Positions 54,509-58,073 of a stretch of DNA of 58,073 nucleotides are shown piece by piece. The stretch is from assembly GCA_012513645.1 (NCBI GenBank), contig JAAZBU010000050.1, positions 1-58,073 on the forward strand. The letters are read 5' to 3'. The notes beneath the pieces are model-generated. The model worked only from the letters and a program-made list of their open reading frames with translations, had not been told where the DNA came from and did no database searches. The translations under genes were made by a program, and so were the position numbers. Position 1 is the stretch's first letter. Every line of letters begins with the position of its first letter. Origin of the DNA: Clostridiales bacterium (GTDB taxonomy: Bacteria; Bacillota; Clostridia; Christensenellales; Aristaeellaceae).

Positions 54509-55200
54509 ACGAATTGTTGGAAACGCTGAGTACAGCCCTTGGGCAAAGCTTGTGGCTTGCGCCCTTGATCGCCTTGGCTGCTGGCGTGGTGACCTCCCTC
54601 ATGCCCTGCTCGCTGTCCAGCGTGCCGCTGGTTATAGGCTATGTGAGCGGCGCCTCCCCAGATGAAAAGGACAGGCACCGCGCCTTCAGGCTATCGCTCA
54701 CCTTTGCCCTGGGCCTAACCCTCGCCTTCACGGTGCTGGGCGTGCTGGCCGCCACTGCCGGCCGCCTAATGGGCGGCATGACCCGGTGGTGGTACCTGGT
54801 GCTGGGCATCCTAATGATTCTGATGGCCTTGCAAACCTGGGAGCTGTATGAAATCATCCCTTCCAGCTACCTGACGTCCAAATCCAATCGCCGGGGCTAC
54901 CTGGGCGCGCTGACCGCAGGCGCCTTGGGTGGACTGTTTTCAAGCCCCTGCTCCACCCCTGTGCTGATTGCCCTGCTGACCATGGTGGCAAGCGATGGGC
55001 AAATCTTCCGGGGGATACTTTTGCTGCTGTTCTATGCGGCCGGTCACAGCGCACTCTCGGTTGTCGCCGGCACATCTGCGGGCTTTGCCCGCCGGATCAC
55101 ACAAAACGCAAAGTACGGCAAACTCAGCCAAATACTGCGCCTCGTAATGGGCAGCCTCATCCTGCTGATGGGCCTCTGCTTGCTGTACCTGGCGTTTTAG
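54505..55200 (+). CDS. ccdA: Cytochrome c biogenesis protein CcdA (DsbD-like thiol-disulfide transporter)
   Basis: Six TM helices with Cys-containing ..LMPCSLSS.. and ..SSPCSTP... It has an ATGA overlap with the thioredoxin-like gene. Confidence 0.85.
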   Translation: MNELLETLSTALGQSLWLAPLIALAAGVVTSLMPCSLSSVPLVIGYVSGASPDEKDRHRAFRLSLTFALGLTLAFTVLGVLAATAGRLMGGMTRWWYLVLGILMILMALQTWELYEIIPSSYLTSKSNRRGYLGALTAGALGGLFSSPCSTPVLIALLTMVASDGQIFRGILLLLFYAAGHSALSVVAGTSAGFARRITQNAKYGKLSQILRLVMGSLILLMGLCLLYLAF

Positions 55201-55213
55201 CAAAAGACATTTA

Positions 55214-55245
55214 GAAAAGACCATCACACATGAAATGGTCTTTTC
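55214..55245. terminator. Bidirectional terminator shared by ccdA and tRNA-Leu
   Basis: 11-bp stem GAAAAGACCAT / ATGGTCTTTTC with a 10-nt loop, with U-runs within and after the stem on both strands. Confidence 0.75.
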
Positions 55246-55332
55246 TGGTGCCGGTGGCCGGACTCGAACCGGCACGCCCTTGTGAGGCGGGGGATTTTAA
55301 GTCCCATGCGTCTGCCATTCCGCCACACCGGC
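55246..55332 (-). tRNA. tRNA-Leu (anticodon UAA)
   Basis: 87-nt type II tRNA. Acceptor GCCGGUG/CACCGGC, anticodon loop CU-UAA-AA, long variable arm CGCCUCACAAGGGCG, T-arm GCCGGUUCGAGUCCGGC, and an encoded CCA. Confidence 0.95.
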
Positions 55333-55341
55333 AATGCAGGC

Positions 55342-55371
55342 ATTATAGCACGCAACATGAGGCGGGCACAA
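55342..55371 (-). promoter_or_regulatory. Candidate tRNA-Leu promoter
   Basis: Minus strand: TTGTGC, 18-nt spacer, TATAAT. The -10 ends 9 nt before the mature 5' end. Confidence 0.5.
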
Positions 55372-55397
55372 GGAAACCGCGGGCAAATTTGCCGCGG
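55372..55397 (-). terminator. Terminator of the MATE gene
   Basis: Minus strand: CCGCGGCAAATTTGCCCGCGG hairpin followed by TTTCC. Confidence 0.65.
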
Positions 55398-55436
55398 ATT
55401 TGCCGCACGAGCATGAATCGGAAATGAATTGGCCGG

Positions 55437-56879
55437 CTATACCTGTTTGAGCTTCCACTTGCCGCTTTCAAAGCGGGTGTAGAAGAAATAGAGGCGTACA
55501 AAAATCTCGCTCAGCCCCAGCAGCCAGGTGAGGGGCAGGCCAAAGTGAAACACATTGACGGCCAGCCAGGAGAGCGCCGGGCGCAGCACGCTGACGCTGA
55601 TCATCATGCGAGATGCCACATACAGGTTGTCCCCCGCGCCGCGCAGGCAGCCGGAGAGCACCACCGCGCTCATCTGCGCAGGCTGCATGAAGGCCACCAC
55701 CAGCAGCGTCTGCGCCGCCGTGCCGATGACCAGCGCCGCGTCCGACGTACCCTCGCTGATAAACAGCGCCGCCAGCGGATACCGCAGCAGCGCGACAAAG
55801 GCCGCGATGACCAGGGAAAACACCAGCGCCAGCCGCTGGGTGATCTTGCCGTAGAGCATGCTCAGGTCGCTGCGGTCGGCCCCCATATTCTGCCCCACCA
55901 AGGAGGTGCCGGCCACGGCCAGGCCGTCGGCAAAGTTGAAGGTAAGGCCCAGCAGCTGCATGCTGATGTTGTGCGCGGCGAACATGGCCACGCCCATGCC
56001 GTAGATGATGCGGCTGTAGATGAAGAAGCCAAAGCGCATGCTCAGCTGCTCCACCATGGCGTTGCCGCCCACCTTGACAATGCCGCGCAGGCTCTCCCAA
56101 TGGGGGCGCCAGTCATCGTGGCGCGCCAGGTGCAGGTAGCTGTCCTTGCCGCTGGTGACAGCCATGATGGACAGCACCATGCCTACCGTGAGGCCGATGA
56201 CGCTGGCGATGGCGGCGCCGGCTACCTCCAGCCGGGGGAAGCCAAACTTGCCGCCGATGAGCAGATAGTTGAAGAAGATGTTGACCAGGTTGGAAATCAC
56301 GTTGACGCGCATGGTGAGCTTTGTATTGCCCACACCGCGCATGGCCGCGTTGATGCACATGGAGATGGTGGTCACCGGCAGGCCGTAGGCCATGATCTTG
56401 AAATAGGTGATGGCATCGCGCAGCACGATGGCATCGTCCGGCGTGCGGGTGTTGCCGCCGGCCAGGCGCATGAGCGGCTCGGCCAGCGCCACCACGGCCA
56501 CCATGATGATGACCGACAGCGCCAGCGCCAGCATGATGGCGTTGCGAAGGGTGGCGTTGGCGGCGTCCTGCCGTCCCTCCCCCTTGCGGCGGGCCACGAT
56601 GGCCGTCACGCCCACGTTGAGGGCAAAGAATACAGCCAGCATAATCATGCGCGGCTGGGTAGGCAAAGAGACGCCGGCGATGGCATTCTTGCCCAAGCTG
56701 CCCACCATGATGGTATCAGCCGAGCTGATCAGGCTGACCAGCACCATCTCGGCCACCGCGGGCAGCGCGATGCGGGATACATCCTGATAGGCGGATCGGT
56801 CATCCGGCAGCGGGCCGATGCGATGCTCGCGCTTGACCAAAGACTCCACACCAAAAAAGCGCCTGATTAAAGCGTTCAA
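55437..56879 (-). CDS. MATE-family efflux transporter
   Basis: 480 aa with 12 TM helices in two 6-helix halves. TTG start 9 nt after GGAGG. Confidence 0.9.
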   Translation of the reverse strand: MNALIRRFFGVESLVKREHRIGPLPDDRSAYQDVSRIALPAVAEMVLVSLISSADTIMVGSLGKNAIAGVSLPTQPRMIMLAVFFALNVGVTAIVARRKGEGRQDAANATLRNAIMLALALSVIIMVAVVALAEPLMRLAGGNTRTPDDAIVLRDAITYFKIMAYGLPVTTISMCINAAMRGVGNTKLTMRVNVISNLVNIFFNYLLIGGKFGFPRLEVAGAAIASVIGLTVGMVLSIMAVTSGKDSYLHLARHDDWRPHWESLRGIVKVGGNAMVEQLSMRFGFFIYSRIIYGMGVAMFAAHNISMQLLGLTFNFADGLAVAGTSLVGQNMGADRSDLSMLYGKITQRLALVFSLVIAAFVALLRYPLAALFISEGTSDAALVIGTAAQTLLVVAFMQPAQMSAVVLSGCLRGAGDNLYVASRMMISVSVLRPALSWLAVNVFHFGLPLTWLLGLSEIFVRLYFFYTRFESGKWKLKQV

Positions 56880-56924
56880 CCCGTTTTGCCTCCATCTGCG
56901 CCATGCGCGAATATGATCTATACA

Positions 56925-56953
56925 ATTGTAGCGTATTTTCTTGCAGGGTGCAA
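56925..56953 (-). promoter_or_regulatory. Candidate MATE promoter
   Basis: Minus strand: TTGCAC, 17-nt spacer, TACAAT. Confidence 0.55.
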
Positions 56954-56955
56954 GG

Positions 56956-56985
56956 CAAAACCGCCGGATATCAACGCCCGGCGGT
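56956..56985 (-). terminator. Intrinsic terminator of the DUF4428-like gene
   Basis: Minus strand: ACCGCCGG-10 nt-CCGGCGGT followed by TTTG. Confidence 0.8.
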
Positions 56986-57000
56986 GGATAAAACCGTCAA

Positions 57001-57810
57001 CTATTGTTGAAACGCCGTACCGCACTCCGGGCAAAACTTGGGTGGGTTGGACGGGTCGGCCGGCTGCCAGCCGCAGCTGTCGCAGCGCTGCTTGGGCGCG
57101 GCCGGCCGCTGGGCGCCGCATTCCCCGCAGAACTTGCCCTCGTTGGCCGCGCCGCAGGCGCATACCCAGCCCTTGGGCTCCTGCGTAGGGGCGGGCTGAG
57201 CCGGGGCGGCGGCAGCTGCCGGCGTGGGCTTCAAGGCGCGCCGCAGCTCATCCGCCTGGCGCTCGTACTCCCGGTAAGCATCGGTATAGGGGCTGTCCGG
57301 CCGGTCTTCAGTCAGCTCAAAGGCTATCTGATCAAAGTAGGGCGAGTTGACGCGGATCAGCACGTCAAAGCGATAGGATGTTTCATACCTGGGCGGGTCA
57401 AAGCTGACGCGCTTGCCGTCCTCCCCCTCCCGGTAAATCTCCTTCTTGTCCTCGTCGATGACCAGCTCGGTGTCGATGACCTGGGAGATATCAAGGATAT
57501 CCGGGTTGGCACCGCGCCAGTCGCTCTGGCGGGTAACAAAGAAGCGCTGGCTGCGCTCGTCGATATACACCTTGGTGCTGTTGCCCAAAATGCGCGTGGG
57601 CTGTATGGCGTTGACCGCCTGCTGGTTCTCCGCCCGGTAGGCCAGGTGCTGGCCGATCTCCTCCACCGAGGAGGTGCGCCGGTCCGTCATCCAGGGGGAC
57701 AGCTGCCTGGCACAATCCTTGCACAGGTTGCCGTCCGACAGCTTTCGGTTGCCCAGCAGGCCGATCTTTTCACCGCAGATATCGCAATACTTTTTGTCAA
57801 AAAGACCCAT
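57001..57810 (-). CDS. DUF4428-like protein with N-terminal and two C-terminal zinc ribbons
   Basis: ATG 57810 follows GAGGAGGA. N-terminus MGLFDKKYCDICGEK...CKDCARQL. The C-terminus has CACGAANEGKFCGECG and CDSCGW..N11..CPECG after a Pro/Ala linker. Confidence 0.65.
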   Translation of the reverse strand: MGLFDKKYCDICGEKIGLLGNRKLSDGNLCKDCARQLSPWMTDRRTSSVEEIGQHLAYRAENQQAVNAIQPTRILGNSTKVYIDERSQRFFVTRQSDWRGANPDILDISQVIDTELVIDEDKKEIYREGEDGKRVSFDPPRYETSYRFDVLIRVNSPYFDQIAFELTEDRPDSPYTDAYREYERQADELRRALKPTPAAAAAPAQPAPTQEPKGWVCACGAANEGKFCGECGAQRPAAPKQRCDSCGWQPADPSNPPKFCPECGTAFQQ

Positions 57811-57864
57811 GGTATATCCTCCTCTTTCGTGTGTCGATGCAAACGCTATGTTGATGCTGTGCAT

Positions 57865-57893
57865 ATTTTAACATAACTCTGCCGGTTTGTAAA
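57865..57893 (-). promoter_or_regulatory. Candidate promoter of the DUF4428-like gene
   Basis: Minus strand: TTTACA, 17-nt spacer, extended -10 TGtTAAAAT. Confidence 0.55.
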
Positions 57894-57918
57894 TCAAAAC
57901 CACCGGCTGAGCCGGTGG
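57894..57918 (-). terminator. Intrinsic terminator ending an unidentified minus-strand transcript that enters from the right edge
   Basis: Minus strand: CCACCGGC-tca-GCCGGTGG followed by TTTTGATTT. Confidence 0.8.
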
Positions 57919-57999
57919 TATGCACGAGGCCTTCAAGGCAATTCCCTGGTAGCGCCGCATCTTTTGTGTAAACCTCTTTTGAGGTGGCTCCGTGGTACC

Positions 58000-58022
58000 G
58001 GGGCAAAGCCTGCCTTTGCCCC
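58000..58022 (-). other. GC-rich hairpin inside the unassigned right-edge transcript
   Basis: 9-bp stem GGGGCAAAG / CTTTGCCCC with a 5-nt loop. No U-tract on either strand. Confidence 0.6.
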
Positions 58023-58073
58023 CTTGGCTGCAAACTAACACGGCAGAACCCGAAGGTCAAGGGGGAAAGCGAA

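Noticed and set aside
57797-58060. 87-aa minus-strand ORF at the right edge.
   Set aside because: It runs through an intrinsic terminator, the next gene's promoter and its start codon. Its third-position G+C is weak and it has no RBS.
57919-58073. Candidate identities for the right-edge RNA. These were a T-box (plus strand GTGGTACCG resembles the T-box core), the SRP RNA Alu domain (minus strand CUUCGGGUUCUGCCGUGUUAG resembles the Bacillus scRNA 5' end) and the RNase P 3' end (GCAGAACCCGAAGG versus ACAGAACCCGGCUUA).
   Set aside because: For a T-box there is no Stem I, specifier loop, AGAGA box or U-tract terminator. For SRP RNA there is no GGAAGCAGC domain IV motif. For RNase P there is no GAGGAAAGUCCGG P4 strand, and the available length is too short. 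The partial matches are probably chance.

Overview
58,073 bp of a high-G+C, Firmicutes-type chromosome. The taxon is inferred from GGAGG-type ribosome-binding sites, the glgB-glgC-glgD-glgA order, an ECF ThiT behind a TPP riboswitch, ComEA and RadC; it is probably a Clostridia/Oscillospirales-like anaerobe, which cannot be proven from this window. The region is gene-dense and mostly housekeeping. I support 58 protein genes, tRNA-Arg(CCG), tRNA-Leu(UAA), one TPP riboswitch with its own terminator, and a set of sigma-70-like promoters and hairpin terminators read by eye. One gene, rpsU, is missing from the supplied ORF track because it has 57 codons and a GTG start. Content includes corA, rplS, a TipA-like MerR regulator, an M32 carboxypeptidase, gap, rpsU, ansA, a radC operon, pckA, thiT, an ABC exporter cluster, a metallophosphoesterase-ppk1-cysS-comEA operon, glgBCDA, a stand-alone EF-G paralogue, a ROK-regulated sugar ABC-uptake cluster, a nagZ-like gene with anmK, a thioredoxin-like gene with ccdA, a MATE exporter, several GNAT and EamA genes, and hypothetical proteins. 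I found no transposase, integrase, phage gene, CRISPR array, restriction-modification system or recognisable defence or toxin system, so I cannot point to an obvious novel multi-gene system. Five items are most worth follow-up. (1) GlgA carries a histone-H1-like Lys/Ala/Pro tail. (2) A ~5.6-kb block of clearly lower G+C (37.97-43.59 kb) encodes the ROK/ABC/TIM-barrel sugar cluster, joined to a host-like-G+C oxidoreductase gene. (3) A structured non-coding transcript end is cut by the right window edge. (4) A five-gene co-directional cluster (17.2-23.2 kb) has unknown function. (5) The EF-G2-type paralogue has a deviant NQMD G4 motif. The many long antisense ORFs in the track are high-G+C artefacts. 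All G+C statements are hand counts of sampled 60-nt lines, not computed profiles. All family assignments are motif recognition from memory, not database searches.
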